Assembly (NCBI RefSeq): GCF_058153355.1
Contig: NZ_CM177019.1
Direction: 5' to 3' (one strand)
Length of the DNA stretch: 64,000 nt
Shown here in pieces: positions 24,242 through 36,393 of this stretch. The position numbers were made by a program, and so were the translations under genes. Below the pieces are notes generated by a model. The model saw only the letters and a list, made by a program, of their open reading frames with translations. It did no database searches and was not told where the DNA came from. How positions within the stretch are numbered: the first letter of the stretch is position 1; each line of letters opens with the position of its first letter.

Positions 24242-26860
24242 TCATTGTTGAGCCAAAGCCTGATCCGATGGTTGTGCCGTTTCGCTCCGCGCCGGGCGGC
24301 GCGGAATAAACGATACAACCCAGGAAACCAGAGAAGTCAGCACACGGAATATGCCCTTCACCGAAGAAGGCGCAAACTCCGCCAGATGGCGGTAGCCACG
24401 GAAGCCGAGCTTCAGAATATCCAGCAGACTTTCCAGCGGCTTATCTTCCGGATAGCTGTCCTGCCAGAGCGCCCATGTATCCGCACGGGCAAACGTACAC
24501 TGCACAAAATCGATATGTTGCTGGGTGGTGAGCGGCATTAATTTCAGCCCAACTTCATTACCCATCACGCGCGCCACCTGGGCCGGGAAGACGTATTCTT
24601 GCTGACCGCGTTTAAGCAACAGATTCACTTTCTGCCCTTCCAGAATCTGTGCCTGACCGTTGATCTTGATCCCCAAACCACCGTCGGAGAAATCCTGAAC
24701 GGTACACGAGAAGAGGTGACCATCTTCGCGGGCAATTGCCGCGGGCATCGTCATCTCCACGCGGTGCGATCGGCGAACCTGTTTGCTTTCTACCGATACC
24801 GCTACCGCACCACCGAGAATAATCAGGTTGTAGAACACCCACACCATACTGACGATGACAGTGAGCATCTCGGTTGGCGGGCCGTAGAAGTAACGCCAGA
24901 TACCGACCGCAATACCGACCAGGTTGAGCAATACCAGGAAAATGTAGGGCCGTGAGATCACCCAGTCGACGTACTCTTCTTCCACCAGTCCACCTTTGGC
25001 GGTGACGTTAAATTTGCCTTTGTGCGGGTTAATCAGCGCCACCAGCGTCGGTGGTGCGATATACCACGCCAGCACCGTTTCGTAGATTTCACTCCAGAAA
25101 GAGTGGCGATATTTGCCCTGGATCTTCGAGTTGGTCAGGCTGGCGTGAATCATATGCGGCAGCACGAACAGGGCGATCATCAACGCTGGCGCATAGATGA
25201 TGTAGGCATGCAGCAGCAGGAACGCCAGCGGCGCAGTCAGGAAGATCAGTCTTGGAATGCCCGACAAGAAATGGAACATGGCGTTGACGTAGCACAGCCG
25301 CTGAGCAAACTTCAGCCCTTTACCGGTGAGCGGGTTATCAAGACGGAAGATTTGCACCATCCCCCGCGCCCAGCGAATACGTTGGCCGATATGCGCCGAC
25401 AGACTTTCGGTCGCCAGCCCCGCCGCCTGTGGAATACGCATATACGCTGAAGTGTAGCCACGACGGTGCAGACGCAGAGAAGTATGCGCATCTTCGGTTA
25501 CCGTTTCGACGGCAATACCGCCAATCTCATCCAGCGGCTTACGACGAATCACCGCACAGGAACCGCAGAAGAAAGTGGCATCCCACATATCATTGCCGTC
25601 CTGCACCAGACCATAAAACAGCGTGCCTTCGTTTGGCGTTTTACGAAAACGTCCCAGGTTACGTTCAAACGGATCCGGTGAGAAGAAGTGGTGCGGCGTC
25701 TGCATCATCGCCAACTGTTTTTCTTTCAGGAACCAGCCCATGGTCATTTGCAGGAATGAGCGCGTCGGCACGTGGTCGCAGTCGAAAATCGACACGAACT
25801 CGCCTTTGGCATATTTCAGCGCATTGTTGATGTTGCCTGCTTTCGCATGTTCATGAGTGGTACGGGCGATATATTTCACCCCCACGTTTTGTGCAAACTG
25901 GCGAAACTCTTCCCTGCCGCCGTCATCGAGGATCCAGATGTTCAGCTTGTCTTTCGGCCAGTCGATACCCAGCGAGGCGTAAATCGTATTTTTCACCACG
26001 TTGAGATCTTCGTTGTAAGTCGGGACAAAGATATCTACCGACGGCCACAGCGACATATCTTTCGGCAACGGTACTGGCTGACGATTCAGCGGCCATACCA
26101 CCTGGAAGTAGCCGAGCACCAGCACAATCCACGCGTACGTTTCAGCGAACAGCAGTATAAGCCCGCACACCAGACTGACCGGATCGTCCCAGTTCAGCGT
26201 AGAGGTGTAGCGCCACCAGATATAACGGCAAGAAACGGTCAGCGACAGCACAATCAACATTAGCGCCGAGAAGCGCCCCGGCATCCGCCGTACGATCAGC
26301 GCTACACCCCACAGCAGCATCAGGAAGATAAACTGCGCCAGCGGGTTAAACGGCTGGGTAACGCAGATTAACGCCAGAATCAGCGAGAAGGTGACGATGA
26401 TACCGAGGATCAACCGCCGCGCCCCGGCGCTCAAATGGCCGAGTTCTTTTTTCTCATCGAGATGCTGTGTTTTATGGCTAACGCGCTCAGGCAGCTCGTT
26501 CATCCATTGATGGTAACGTCCACGAATATTCTGCAGACCTGAAAATGTCCGCCTGCGGGGTTTCGGCGTTTCTTTGCGCGATGTACCGATCAGTAACCAG
26601 CAGGTTTGAATGAGATAACGGACCGGGTCCAGCGGACGCGGACGCGAGGCGTTGATATGCGGATACAGGTTTTTATGTTCTGCGCGAATACGCTGCCAGC
26701 GCGGGTGCTCCAGCGGAATAAAAATCCAGGCCAGGATCAACCAAAAACAGCCGAGCGTCGCGCTGAAAGCCGACGCGCCGTGACGACGATAATCGCGATA
26801 ACGCCCGATAAGCCGCGCGTTGACCGGCGGGATAAGCAACCACCGGGTCAGGATACTCAT
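24242..26860 (-). CDS. bcsA: Cellulose synthase catalytic subunit BcsA (GT2 plus PilZ)
   Basis: ORF 24242..26908; start set at MSILTRWLL (872 aa); QxxRW-type GT2 motifs; start overlaps bcsQ stop by 4 nt. Confidence 0.9.
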   Translation of the reverse strand: MSILTRWLLIPPVNARLIGRYRDYRRHGASAFSATLGCFWLILAWIFIPLEHPRWQRIRAEHKNLYPHINASRPRPLDPVRYLIQTCWLLIGTSRKETPKPRRRTFSGLQNIRGRYHQWMNELPERVSHKTQHLDEKKELGHLSAGARRLILGIIVTFSLILALICVTQPFNPLAQFIFLMLLWGVALIVRRMPGRFSALMLIVLSLTVSCRYIWWRYTSTLNWDDPVSLVCGLILLFAETYAWIVLVLGYFQVVWPLNRQPVPLPKDMSLWPSVDIFVPTYNEDLNVVKNTIYASLGIDWPKDKLNIWILDDGGREEFRQFAQNVGVKYIARTTHEHAKAGNINNALKYAKGEFVSIFDCDHVPTRSFLQMTMGWFLKEKQLAMMQTPHHFFSPDPFERNLGRFRKTPNEGTLFYGLVQDGNDMWDATFFCGSCAVIRRKPLDEIGGIAVETVTEDAHTSLRLHRRGYTSAYMRIPQAAGLATESLSAHIGQRIRWARGMVQIFRLDNPLTGKGLKFAQRLCYVNAMFHFLSGIPRLIFLTAPLAFLLLHAYIIYAPALMIALFVLPHMIHASLTNSKIQGKYRHSFWSEIYETVLAWYIAPPTLVALINPHKGKFNVTAKGGLVEEEYVDWVISRPYIFLVLLNLVGIAVGIWRYFYGPPTEMLTVIVSMVWVFYNLIILGGAVAVSVESKQVRRSHRVEMTMPAAIAREDGHLFSCTVQDFSDGGLGIKINGQAQILEGQKVNLLLKRGQQEYVFPAQVARVMGNEVGLKLMPLTTQQHIDFVQCTFARADTWALWQDSYPEDKPLESLLDILKLGFRGYRHLAEFAPSSVKGIFRVLTSLVSWVVSFIPRRPARSETAQPSDQALAQQ

Positions 26861-27609
26861 GATGCACTCCCGACTGGCGTTTTCAGCCCGGAATAGTTCA
26901 ACAGGCACCAGTTAGCCAGCGTCAGTATCTCTTCAGCCGCCAGCGCATCACTGCGGTATTCGCCGACTGGTTGCTTAGCCGCCAGGCATTGAGCCATCGC
27001 TTCATCACGATGAATGAGCATTGGCAGTAATCGGCGCTGGCTTTGCAACCAAAGCTGGTAAATATCGTCCTGAACCTGACTGCCGATACGGAAGTCATTA
27101 ATCAAAATATGCGCGCCATCCGGCAGCGCCTGCTGATGCAGCCGGATATGGCAGTTGGCATCCACATTGACGATTGCCAGCGAGTGATCGCACAAACTCA
27201 GCAGCTGGTGGGTTATCTGCGAGGCATCACGCGGTAAGTCGATTAAAATCCACTGGTAACGCCCGCTGGCTTTTAGTTGCTGTAAGCCGGAGCAAATATC
27301 GCTCAGCCGGGTTTGCCAGTGCTGTGGATTTTCTTGTTCTTCAATGGATAACTGACCAAAAGGCAGCAAATCGAGTTGCGAGGTATAGCGCAACCCGGCG
27401 TCACGCCAGTCCTGACCGTCCAGCATGGCTCTGGCCCAGCCCTGACGGTGGGTAAAATCAACGTTAAATGACAGGCGCAACAAGTTGTCCGGGCAGGCAT
27501 CGACCACCAGGACATCTTCTCCCAACATTTGTAATGACCAGGCTAATGCGGCAGTGATGGTTGTTGTTCCCACGCCTCCCCGCACCCCCTGCAATCCCAG
27601 TACGGCCAT
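26857..27609 (-). CDS. bcsQ: Cellulose biosynthesis ParA/MinD-like ATPase BcsQ, full length
   Basis: Uninterrupted 250-aa ORF starting MAVLGLQGVRGGVGTTTIT (deviant Walker A); codon 6 is TTG at 27592..27594. Confidence 0.85.
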   Translation of the reverse strand: MAVLGLQGVRGGVGTTTITAALAWSLQMLGEDVLVVDACPDNLLRLSFNVDFTHRQGWARAMLDGQDWRDAGLRYTSQLDLLPFGQLSIEEQENPQHWQTRLSDICSGLQQLKASGRYQWILIDLPRDASQITHQLLSLCDHSLAIVNVDANCHIRLHQQALPDGAHILINDFRIGSQVQDDIYQLWLQSQRRLLPMLIHRDEAMAQCLAAKQPVGEYRSDALAAEEILTLANWCLLNYSGLKTPVGSAS

Positions 27610-27620
27610 TCACCAATCCC

Positions 27621-27809
27621 CTACTTTTGTTGCGCAAACTCTGCCAGCAACGGCCAGCGTTTTAATGCCGCGGCCAACTGTTCGCGTTGGGAAATATCGG
27701 CATAATCAATATCAGGCAGTGAAAACGCCTGCTTTAACGCCAAAATATCATTCTGGAAGATATAGCCTATCGCGGGATCAGGCAGAGTATCTGGTTCATT
27801 GTTATTCAT
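27621..27809 (-). CDS. bcsR: Small cellulose biosynthesis protein BcsR
   Basis: ORF 27621..27851; start set at MNNNEPDTLPD (62 aa). Confidence 0.7.
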   Translation of the reverse strand: MNNNEPDTLPDPAIGYIFQNDILALKQAFSLPDIDYADISQREQLAAALKRWPLLAEFAQQK

Positions 27810-27851
27810 TTGCTTGATCCCTATGAAATAACCGTACCGTTCATGAGACAA

Positions 27852-28080
27852 TTCTAACCGTGAGCATTTCGCCGGTTTATTGTTTACGGCGAGACGGGAA
27901 TTTGCTCACTTTTTGACTTTCCGTTACGCAACAAAAAAAGTTAAAAACGAAAAGACTAAAATCACACGTCTTGTGACCTGCTAAATTGATTCACATGCTA
28001 AATCTGATAAGTTTTAATTTCAATGGTAGGTTTATTTCTTAGCTTTCGCTAGTAAACTGATAATCAGACAAAATGATGAC
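27852..28080. promoter_or_regulatory. Divergent intergenic control region between bcsRQABZC and bcsEFG
   Basis: About 230 bp of AT-rich non-coding sequence between two divergently oriented operon starts; no individual promoter mapped. Confidence 0.4.
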
Positions 28081-29652
28081 ATGAGGGACATTGTGGACCC
28101 TGTATTCTCTATCGGTATCTCATCATTATGGGATGAGCTGCGACATATGCCAGCAGGCGGCGTCTGGTGGTTTAACGTCGATCGCCATGAAGATGCTATC
28201 AGTCTGGCGAATCAAACAATTGCATCCCAGGCTGAAACCGCACACGTCGCGGTCATTAGCATGGACAGCGATCCGGCGAAAATCTTTCAATTAGATGATT
28301 CTCAAGGGCCGGAAAAAATAAAATTATTTTCAATGCTAAATCATGAAAAAGGTCTATACTATTTGGCCCGTGATTTGCAGTGTTCTATTGATCCCAATAA
28401 TTACCTTTTTATTCTTGTTTGCGCAAATAACGCATGGCAAAACATTCCTGCCGAGCGGCTTCGCTCATGGTTGGATAAAATGAATAAATGGAGCAGGTTA
28501 AACCATTGTTCGCTTTTGGTAATTAATCCCGGAAATAATAACGATAAACAATTTTCATTGTTGCTTGAGGAATACCGTTCACTTTTTGGTCTTGCCAGTT
28601 TGCGTTTTCAGGGCGACCAACATTTGCTGGATATTGCCTTCTGGTGCAACGAAAAAGGGGTCAGCGCCCGTCAGCAGCTTAGCGTTCAGCAACAAAAAGG
28701 TATCTGGACATTAGTTCAAAGCGAAGAGGCGGAGATCCAACCACGCAGCGACGAAAAACGCATTCTGAGTAATGTTGCTGTACTGGAAGGTGCGCCGCCG
28801 CTATCGGAACACTGGCAACTGTTCAACAATAACGAAGTTCTGTTCAATGAAGCCCGTACCGCTCAGGCGGCGACGGTGGTCTTTTCTTTACAGCAAAATG
28901 CGCAAATCGAGCCACTGGCCCGCAGCATTCATACTCTGCGTCGCCAGCGCGGTAGTGCGATGAAAATCCTCGTACGGGAAAATACCGCAAGCCTGCGCGC
29001 CACCGATGAACGTTTGTTATTGGCCTGCGGTGCAAATATGGTTATCCCGTGGAATGCGCCACTCTCCCGCTGTCTGACGATGATCGAAAGCGTGCAAGGG
29101 CAGAAGTTTAGTCGCTATGTGCCGGAAGATATCACTACCTTGCTGTCAATGACCCAGCCGCTCAAACTACGTGGTTTCCAGAAGTGGGATGTGTTCTGTA
29201 ATGCCGTTAACAACATGATGAATAACCCTCTCTTGCCTGCACATGGTAAAGGCGTTCTGATTGCCCTACGTCCGGTACCGGGTATCCGCGTTGAGCAAGC
29301 CCTGACGCTGTGTCGCCCTAACCGTACCGGCGATATCATGACCATTGGCGGTAATCGGCTGGTGCTGTTTCTCTCATTCTGTCGGATTAACGATCTGGAT
29401 ACCGCGTTGAATCATATTTTCCCATTGCCGACTGGCGACATTTTCTCAAACCGTATGGTCTGGTTTGAAGATGATCAAATCAGTGCCGAGCTGGTGCAGA
29501 TGCGCCTGCTTGCTCCAGAACAATGGGGCATGCCGCTGCCTTTAACGCAAAGTTCTAAACCGGTCATCAATGCCGAGCACGATGGTCGCCACTGGCGAAG
29601 AATACCAGAACCAATGCGACTGTTAGATGATACTGTGGAGCGCTCATCATGA
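28081..29652 (+). CDS. bcsE: Cellulose biosynthesis protein BcsE (c-di-GMP binding)
   Basis: 523-aa ORF. Confidence 0.85.
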
Positions 29653-29840
29653 TGACCATCAGCGATATCATTGAAATTATTGTCGTTTGCGCACTGATAT
29701 TTTTCCCGCTGGGCTATCTGGCGCGGCACTCTTTGCGACGCATTCGCGACACCTTACGTTTGTTCTTTGCTAAACCTCGTTATGTTAAACCGGCCGGGAC
29801 GTTACGCCGCACGGAAAAAGCCAGGGCAACCAAAAAATGA
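29649..29840 (+). CDS. bcsF: Small membrane protein BcsF
   Basis: 63-aa hydrophobic ORF overlapping bcsE stop and bcsG start by 4 nt each. Confidence 0.7.
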
Positions 29841-31516
29841 CTCAATTTACGCAAAATACCGCCATGCCTTCTTCCCTCTGGCAATACTGGCGCGGCCTTT
29901 CCGGCTGGAACTTCTATTTTCTGGTTAAGTTCGGCCTGTTGTGGGCGGGATATCTTAACTTCCATCCGCTCCTCAATCTGGTGTTTGCCGCGTTTCTGCT
30001 GATGCCCATTCCGCGCTACAGCCTGCATCGCTTACGCCACTGGATTGCCCTGCCGATCGGCTTTGCTTTGTTCTGGCATGACACCTGGTTGCCTGGCCCG
30101 GAAAGCATAATGAGCCAGGGTTCGCAGGTGGCGGGGTTCAGTACCGATTATTTAATCGACCTTGTCACACGCTTTATTAACTGGCAGATGATTGGGGCCA
30201 TTTTTGTTTTATTAGTGGCCTGGTTATTCCTGTCACAATGGATTCGCATTACCGTTTTTGTGGTTGCCATTCTGCTATGGCTGAACGTACTTACCCTGGC
30301 GGGACCAAGTTTCTCCTTGTGGCCTGCCGGTCAACCGACGACCACTGTAACAACGACGGGTGGTAACGCAGCGGCAACCGTTGCGGCGACGGGTGGCGCA
30401 CCGGTAGTGGGTGATATGCCCGCACAAACTGCACCGCCAACAACGGCGAACCTTAACGCCTGGCTGAATAATTTCTATAACGCGGAGGCGAAACGTAAAT
30501 CGACCTTCCCGTCTTCGCTGCCCGCTGATGCTCAGCCATTTGAACTACTGGTGATTAATATCTGTTCGCTTTCCTGGTCGGATATTGAAGCCGCCGGGTT
30601 GATGTCGCATCCGCTGTGGTCGCATTTCGATATTGAGTTCAAGAACTTTAACTCCGCCACCTCCTACAGTGGCCCGGCGGCGATCCGTTTACTGCGCGCC
30701 AGCTGCGGGCAGACTTCGCACACTAATCTGTATCAACCGGCAAATAACGACTGCTATCTGTTTGATAACCTGTCGAAACTGGGCTTTACCCAGCACCTGA
30801 TGATGGGACATAACGGCCAGTTCGGCGGTTTTTTGAAAGAAGTTCGCGAAAATGGCGGCATGCAGACCGAATTGATGGATCAAACAAATCTGCCGGTTAT
30901 TTTGCTGGGCTTTGATGGTTCGCCGGTTTATGACGATACCGCCGTGCTTAACCGCTGGCTGGACGTTACCGAAAAAGATAAAAACAGCCGTAGTGCCACG
31001 TTCTACAACACGCTTCCACTGCATGACGGCAACCATTATCCGGGCGTCAGCAAAACAGCGGATTACAAAGCGCGAGCGCAGAAATTCTTTGATGAGCTGG
31101 ACGCCTTCTTTACTGAACTGGAGAAATCGGGTCGTAAAGTGATGGTGGTAGTGGTGCCGGAACACGGTGGCGCGCTGAAGGGCGACAGAATGCAGGTATC
31201 TGGCCTACGTGATATCCCTAGCCCGTCTATCACAGACGTCCCCGTTGGGGTGAAATTCTTCGGCATGAAGGCACCACATCAGGGGGCACCGATTGTCATC
31301 GACCAACCGAGCAGCTTCCTGGCTATCTCCGATCTGGTGGTTCGCGTTCTTGATGGTAAGATTTTCACCGAAGACAATGTTGACTGGAAAAAACTCACCA
31401 GTGGGTTGCCACAAACAGCACCGGTCTCCGAGAACTCAAATGCAGTGGTTATTCAATACCAAGATAAACCGTACGTTCGCCTGAACGGCGGCGACTGGGT
31501 GCCTTACCCGCAATAA
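29837..31516 (+). CDS. bcsG: Cellulose phosphoethanolamine transferase BcsG
   Basis: 559-aa ORF; N-terminal TM segments, C-terminal sulfatase-like domain. Confidence 0.85.
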
Positions 31517-31602
31517 GAACGAAAAAGGCCGCAGAGTTTCACCCCTGCGGCCTGATCCGGGCGCAAATTGCCATTACGGCAGCCTGACGCCCGCATGACA
31601 CG

Positions 31603-31710
31603 TTACTTCCGCTTATTCAGCGAGTTCACGATCAGACTGGCAAGAATGCCAGCAATGACCGGAGCCGCTAAATCATGCCAGAAGGCCATGCCCAGTTCTG
31701 CGAGCGTCAT
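31603..31710 (-). CDS. ldrD: Type I toxin LdrD, small membrane peptide
   Basis: 35-aa ORF MTLAELGMAFWHDLAAPVIAGILASLIVNSLNKRK inside the longer ORF 31603..31845. Confidence 0.7.
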   Translation of the reverse strand: MTLAELGMAFWHDLAAPVIAGILASLIVNSLNKRK

Positions 31711-31757
31711 ATAGCCGCCTCTGTTGTAATGACAACGTTTCGCGGCTATTCTTGAGT

Positions 31758-31824
31758 TGTTTGGGTTCAAGATTAGCCCCCGTGATGTTGTCAGGTGCAT
31801 ACCTGCAACGTGCGGGGGTTTTCT
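31758..31824 (+). ncRNA. rdlD: Candidate antisense RNA RdlD (antitoxin of ldrD); boundaries approximate
   Basis: Plus-strand hairpin CCCCCG...CGGGGG followed by TTTT at 31777..31824, opposite the ldrD leader; position inferred from the known ldr/rdl arrangement. Confidence 0.3.
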
Positions 31825-32185
31825 CTCTCCAGCAACCAATGCCACCAGGGATTAAGCCCCCGCAACATTGCGCCTCACCGGAACCTTTCCGGCTTGCCGC
31901 TGCTTTTACGATTGCTTTTTACCGTCAGCACCCGGCAATCTTCCTCATTGCGTGATGCCTTCCAGCTTAATTTCTTTATTTGCAATAGTTGCAGTTCATA
32001 TCCGGGCTGACTCCAGACTGGTAGTGAAATGCGCAATTTTGTAGAATTGCGCCTCCTCGCGACCTCCCCAGTGAATCTGTTGCCTCATTTTTTACATACT
32101 GCGTATTCGACTTCTCCACCTGTTGCGCAAGAGAAACTGGGTTTATTCATTTTTGCGAGGCCGACTTCTTTCTGGACAGGACTTT

Positions 32186-33457
32186 ATGCAGCACAACACA
32201 CTACCGAAACACGATCAGAAAATGCCGTTTACACGCTACGACTTCGGCTGGGTTTTATTATGCATAGGCATGGCGATTGGTGCCGGAACCGTGCTGATGC
32301 CAGTACAAATTGGCTTGAAGGGAATTTGGGTATTTATTACCGCAGCGATCATTGCTTATCCTGCCACCTGGGTAGTGCAGGACATTTATTTAAAAACCCT
32401 TTCTGAAAGCGATTCCTGTAATGACTACACCGATATTATCAGTCATTACCTGGGGAAGAACTGGGGAATTTTCCTCGGGGTTATCTACTTTTTGATGATT
32501 ATCCACGGGATTTTTATCTACTCTCTCTCCGTGGTTTTCGACAGCGCCTCGTACCTGAAAACCTTCGGTTTAACCAATGCCGATCTTTCACAATCTCTAC
32601 TTTATAAAGTCGCCATTTTCGCCGTACTGGTGGCAATTGCGTCTGGTGGTGAACGATTACTGTTTAAGATTTCCGGGCCAATGGTGGTGGTCAAAGTAGG
32701 GATTATTGTCGTCTTCGGTTTTGCGATGATCCCGCACTGGAATTTCGCCAATATAACCGCCTTCCCGCAAGCCTCCGTCTTTTTCCGCGATGTCCTGCTT
32801 ACCATTCCCTTTTGCTTCTTTTCTGCGGTATTTATTCAGGTACTTAACCCAATGAATATTGCCTATCGTAAACGGGAAGCGGATAAAGTACTGGCAACCC
32901 GGCTCGCGCTGCGTACCCACCGAATTAGTTATGTCACGCTCATCGCGGTGATCCTGTTTTTTGCCTTTTCGTTTACCTTCTCAATTAGCCACGAAGAAGC
33001 CGTTTCTGCCTTTGAACAAAATATCTCGGCACTGGCACTGGCCGCGCAGGTGATCCCTGGGCATATCATTCATATCACCTCTACGGTGCTGAATATCTTT
33101 GCCGTACTGACCGCATTCTTTGGCATTTATCTCGGTTTCCACGAGGCCATTAAAGGCATTATTCTCAATCTGTTAAGCCGAATTATTGATACCAAGAAAA
33201 TTAACTCACGCATGCTGACTCTGGCGATCTGCGCTTTTATCGTCATTACGTTGACGATTTGGGTTTCGTTTCGTGTATCGGTGCTGGTGTTCTTTCAGTT
33301 GGGAAGCCCGTTATATGGCATTGTGTCGTGCCTCATTCCATTTTTCCTGATCTATAAAGTCTCACAACTGGAAAAACTTCGCGGGTTTAAAGCCTGGATG
33401 ATTCTGCTGTACGGCATTTTGTTATGCTTGTCGCCACTGTTGAAGCTGATTGAGTAA
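32186..33457 (+). CDS. yhjV: Amino-acid permease-like inner membrane transporter
   Basis: ORF 32123..33457; start set at [11 protein letters not shown] (423 aa); polytopic hydrophobic profile. Confidence 0.8.
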   Translation: MQHNTLPKHDQKMPFTRYDFGWVLLCIGMAIGAGTVLMPVQIGLKGIWVFITAAIIAYPATWVVQDIYLKTLSESDSCNDYTDIISHYLGKNWGIFLGVIYFLMIIHGIFIYSLSVVFDSASYLKTFGLTNADLSQSLLYKVAIFAVLVAIASGGERLLFKISGPMVVVKVGIIVVFGFAMIPHWNFANITAFPQASVFFRDVLLTIPFCFFSAVFIQVLNPMNIAYRKREADKVLATRLALRTHRISYVTLIAVILFFAFSFTFSISHEEAVSAFEQNISALALAAQVIPGHIIHITSTVLNIFAVLTAFFGIYLGFHEAIKGIILNLLSRIIDTKKINSRMLTLAICAFIVITLTIWVSFRVSVLVFFQLGSPLYGIVSCLIPFFLIYKVSQLEKLRGFKAWMILLYGILLCLSPLLKLIE

Positions 33458-33486
33458 ACCGGAGCGCATGGCCCCGGTTTTGTGAG

Positions 33487-34491
33487 TTACCGCTGCGGAT
33501 TTTCATCCTGATCAACAGCAAAACAAGCTACCAGTTGACCGCCGTAGTCTTTTAGCTGCGGCTGCAACTGGGTGCAGGGGCCGAAGCGCCGACGACAGCG
33601 GGCGTTAAACGCGCAGCCCGGCGGTGGATTGAGCGGGCTTGGCAGTTCACCGGTGAGCTTGATGCGCTCGCGGCGATCGTCCGGGTTCAGGCGCGGCGTC
33701 GCGGAGAGTAGCGCCTGGGTGTACGGATGACGCGGGTTATTGAAGATTTGGTCCTTCGTTCCCTTCTCCACGCAGCGGCCCAGGTACATCACCATCACTT
33801 CATCAGCAATATGCTCCACCACCGACAGGTCGTGGGAGATAAAGACATAAGAAAGCCCCAACTCCTGCTGCAAATCCATCATCAGATTCAGCACCTGCGC
33901 ACGCACTGAAACGTCCAGCGCGGAAACCGGTTCATCGGCAATCACCACATCCGGGTCGAGCATCAGACCACGGGCAATGGCGATACGCTGACGCTGACCG
34001 CCGGAGAACATATGCGGGTAGCGGTCGTAATGCTCGGTTTTTAGGCCAACTTTTGCCATCATCGACAACGCTTTTTCCCGACGCTGTTCTTTGCTTAAAC
34101 TGGTGTTAATAAGCAGCGGCTCTTCAAGAATTTGCCCAACTTTTTTACGCGGATTTAGCGAACCATAGGGATTCTGGAAGACGATCTGGATTTTCTGCCG
34201 ACGCAACTTCTGCGCCTGCGGATCGTGCTTGAGCAGATCCTGCCCCTGGTAATACAGTTCGCCACCGGTCGGCGTTTCGATCATCGTCAGCAACCGACCG
34301 AGGGTCGACTTACCGCAGCCAGATTCACCCACTACTGCCAGCGTTTTGCCACGTTCAAGATTAAACGAAACGCCATCCAGCGCCTTTACAAGACGTTCCG
34401 GCGCGAACATGCCTTTCTTCACCGGATAATGTTTTTTCAGGTCGATAGCCTGCAACAGCGGTTGTTGCAGGGTGGCCTCTTGCGTACTCAT
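33487..34491 (-). CDS. dppF: Dipeptide ABC transporter ATP-binding subunit DppF
   Basis: 334-aa ORF with Walker [10 protein letters not shown] and ABC signature LSGGQRQR. Confidence 0.9.
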   Translation of the reverse strand: MSTQEATLQQPLLQAIDLKKHYPVKKGMFAPERLVKALDGVSFNLERGKTLAVVGESGCGKSTLGRLLTMIETPTGGELYYQGQDLLKHDPQAQKLRRQKIQIVFQNPYGSLNPRKKVGQILEEPLLINTSLSKEQRREKALSMMAKVGLKTEHYDRYPHMFSGGQRQRIAIARGLMLDPDVVIADEPVSALDVSVRAQVLNLMMDLQQELGLSYVFISHDLSVVEHIADEVMVMYLGRCVEKGTKDQIFNNPRHPYTQALLSATPRLNPDDRRERIKLTGELPSPLNPPPGCAFNARCRRRFGPCTQLQPQLKDYGGQLVACFAVDQDENPQR

Positions 34492-35471
34492 AGTGTGGGC
34501 CTCCCGGCATCATCAAGTGGGTAATGGCATTTGGACTGACGCCCGTCAGCGAGCATATTCAGCGCCGGTTCTTCAGCACGGCATCTGTCAGTGGCATAGG
34601 GGCAACGCGGGTTAAGCAGGCAGCCATTCGGACGGTCGTATTTGCCAGGAACGACGCCAGGCAATGACGCCAGACGTTCTTTGTCCTGGGCAAATTCCGG
34701 CAGCGCGCGCAGCAATGCCTGAGTATACGGATGACGCGGTGCATGGAAGATGGCGTGGGCATCGCCCGTTTCCACCACCTGGCCTGCATACATGACGATG
34801 ATTTTATGCGCCGCTTCCGCCACCAGCGCCAGGTCATGGGTAATCAACACCAGCGCCATGTTCTCTTTCTGCTGCAGCTCCAGCAGCAGTTCGATGATTT
34901 GTGCCTGAATGGTCACGTCCAGCGCGGTGGTCGGCTCATCAGCAATCAGCAGTTTTGGCCGACAGGCAATCGCCATGGCGATCATCACACGCTGGCTCAT
35001 GCCGCCAGAAAGCTGATGCGGGTAAACATCCAGACGCGAAGCCGGATCGGGAATACCGACCTGATTCAGCAGGTCAATCGCCCGCTGACGGCGAGTGCTC
35101 TTATTACCGCCCTGATGCACCTTAATCGCTTCCATGATCTGGAAACCAACGGTGTAGCATGGGTTAAGGCTGGTCATCGGGTCCTGAAAGATCATCGCCA
35201 CTTCGGCACCCACCAGGTTGCGGCGCTCTTTTTCCGAGATACACTGCAAATCCTGGCCGTTAAACTCCAGCTTTTCTGCCATCACGCGGCCCGGATAATC
35301 AATCAGCCCCATAATCGCCAGTGAACTGACCGACTTACCGGAGCCAGACTCACCCACAATTCCGACCACTTCGCCTTGTTTCACGCTGTAGCTGATACGG
35401 TCTACGGCGCGGAACGGTGCGCTTTCGTCACCGAAATGCACCGATAATTTATCTACATTTAATAACGCCAT
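34488..35471 (-). CDS. dppD: Dipeptide ABC transporter ATP-binding subunit DppD
   Basis: 327-aa ORF with Walker A GESGSGKS and LSGGMSQR. Confidence 0.9.
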   Translation of the reverse strand: MALLNVDKLSVHFGDESAPFRAVDRISYSVKQGEVVGIVGESGSGKSVSSLAIMGLIDYPGRVMAEKLEFNGQDLQCISEKERRNLVGAEVAMIFQDPMTSLNPCYTVGFQIMEAIKVHQGGNKSTRRQRAIDLLNQVGIPDPASRLDVYPHQLSGGMSQRVMIAMAIACRPKLLIADEPTTALDVTIQAQIIELLLELQQKENMALVLITHDLALVAEAAHKIIVMYAGQVVETGDAHAIFHAPRHPYTQALLRALPEFAQDKERLASLPGVVPGKYDRPNGCLLNPRCPYATDRCRAEEPALNMLADGRQSKCHYPLDDAGRPTL

Positions 35472-35481
35472 CTCGAACCTC

Positions 35482-36384
35482 TTACTGCTTCAGTTTGGGA
35501 TCGAGCGCGTCACGCAGACCGTCACCCATCAGGTTAAATGCCAGCACCGTCAGCAGGATCGCCAGACCCGGGAAGGTCACGACCCACCAGGCGCTTTGCG
35601 CGAACTGCAACACGTCAGAGAGCATGGTGCCCCACTCCGGCGTTGGCGGCTGCGCTCCCATGCCAAGGAAGCCAAGGGCGGCCATATCGAGAATGGCGTT
35701 AGAGAAACCGAGCGACGCCTGAACAATCAGCGGCGCAAGGCAGTTCGGGAAGATGTTAATAAACATCTGGCGCATCGCCCCGGCACCCGCCACGCGAGAC
35801 GCGGTAACGTAATCGCGATTCACCTCCACCAGCACGGCGGCGCGGGTTAAGCGCACATAGTGTGGCAAGGCAACGAAGGTTAGCGCCAGCGCGGCGTTAC
35901 CAATCGACGGGCCGAAAATCGCCACCAGCACCAGTGCCAACAGCAGACTTGGCAGCGCCAGCATGATATCGACCACGCGCATGATGATGTTATCGACCAG
36001 ACCGCCAAAGTAACCAGCGATCAGGCCGAGAATAACGCCCATAATCAGCGATAACACAACTACCAGACAGCCAACCAGCAGCGACAAGCGCGCGCCGTAC
36101 ATCAGCCGCGACAGCACATCACGGCCTACGTCATCGGTGCCAAGCAAGTGCGCCATGCTGCCGCCTTCCTGCCAGGCTGGCGGGGCGAGCAGTGCATCGC
36201 GGAACTGTTCCGCCGGGTTATACGGCGCAATCCAGTTGGCAAAGATCGCGATAAACAACACGATGACGACGTAAACCAGCCCGACGACCGCGCCTTTGTT
36301 GCGTTTAAAATAGTGCCAGAACTCCTGTAACGGGGTCATCGGCACCGGTGCGCTAATCACTTTATTTTCAGTAACCTGTGACAT
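35482..36384 (-). CDS. dppC: Dipeptide ABC transporter permease DppC
   Basis: 300-aa ORF, polytopic. Confidence 0.9.
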   Translation of the reverse strand: MSQVTENKVISAPVPMTPLQEFWHYFKRNKGAVVGLVYVVIVLFIAIFANWIAPYNPAEQFRDALLAPPAWQEGGSMAHLLGTDDVGRDVLSRLMYGARLSLLVGCLVVVLSLIMGVILGLIAGYFGGLVDNIIMRVVDIMLALPSLLLALVLVAIFGPSIGNAALALTFVALPHYVRLTRAAVLVEVNRDYVTASRVAGAGAMRQMFINIFPNCLAPLIVQASLGFSNAILDMAALGFLGMGAQPPTPEWGTMLSDVLQFAQSAWWVVTFPGLAILLTVLAFNLMGDGLRDALDPKLKQ

Positions 36385-36393
36385 GATGTCCCC

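Noticed and set aside
25772-26263. 163-aa plus-strand ORF inside bcsA, plus neighbouring short antisense ORFs
   Set aside because: Embedded antisense to bcsA; a frame artefact.
24232-26908. Longer N-terminal versions of the bcsB (808 aa) and bcsA (888 aa) ORFs
   Set aside because: Internal starts at the signal peptide (bcsB) and at MSILTRWLL (bcsA) give the expected lengths and preserve the 4-nt bcsQ/bcsA coupling overlap.
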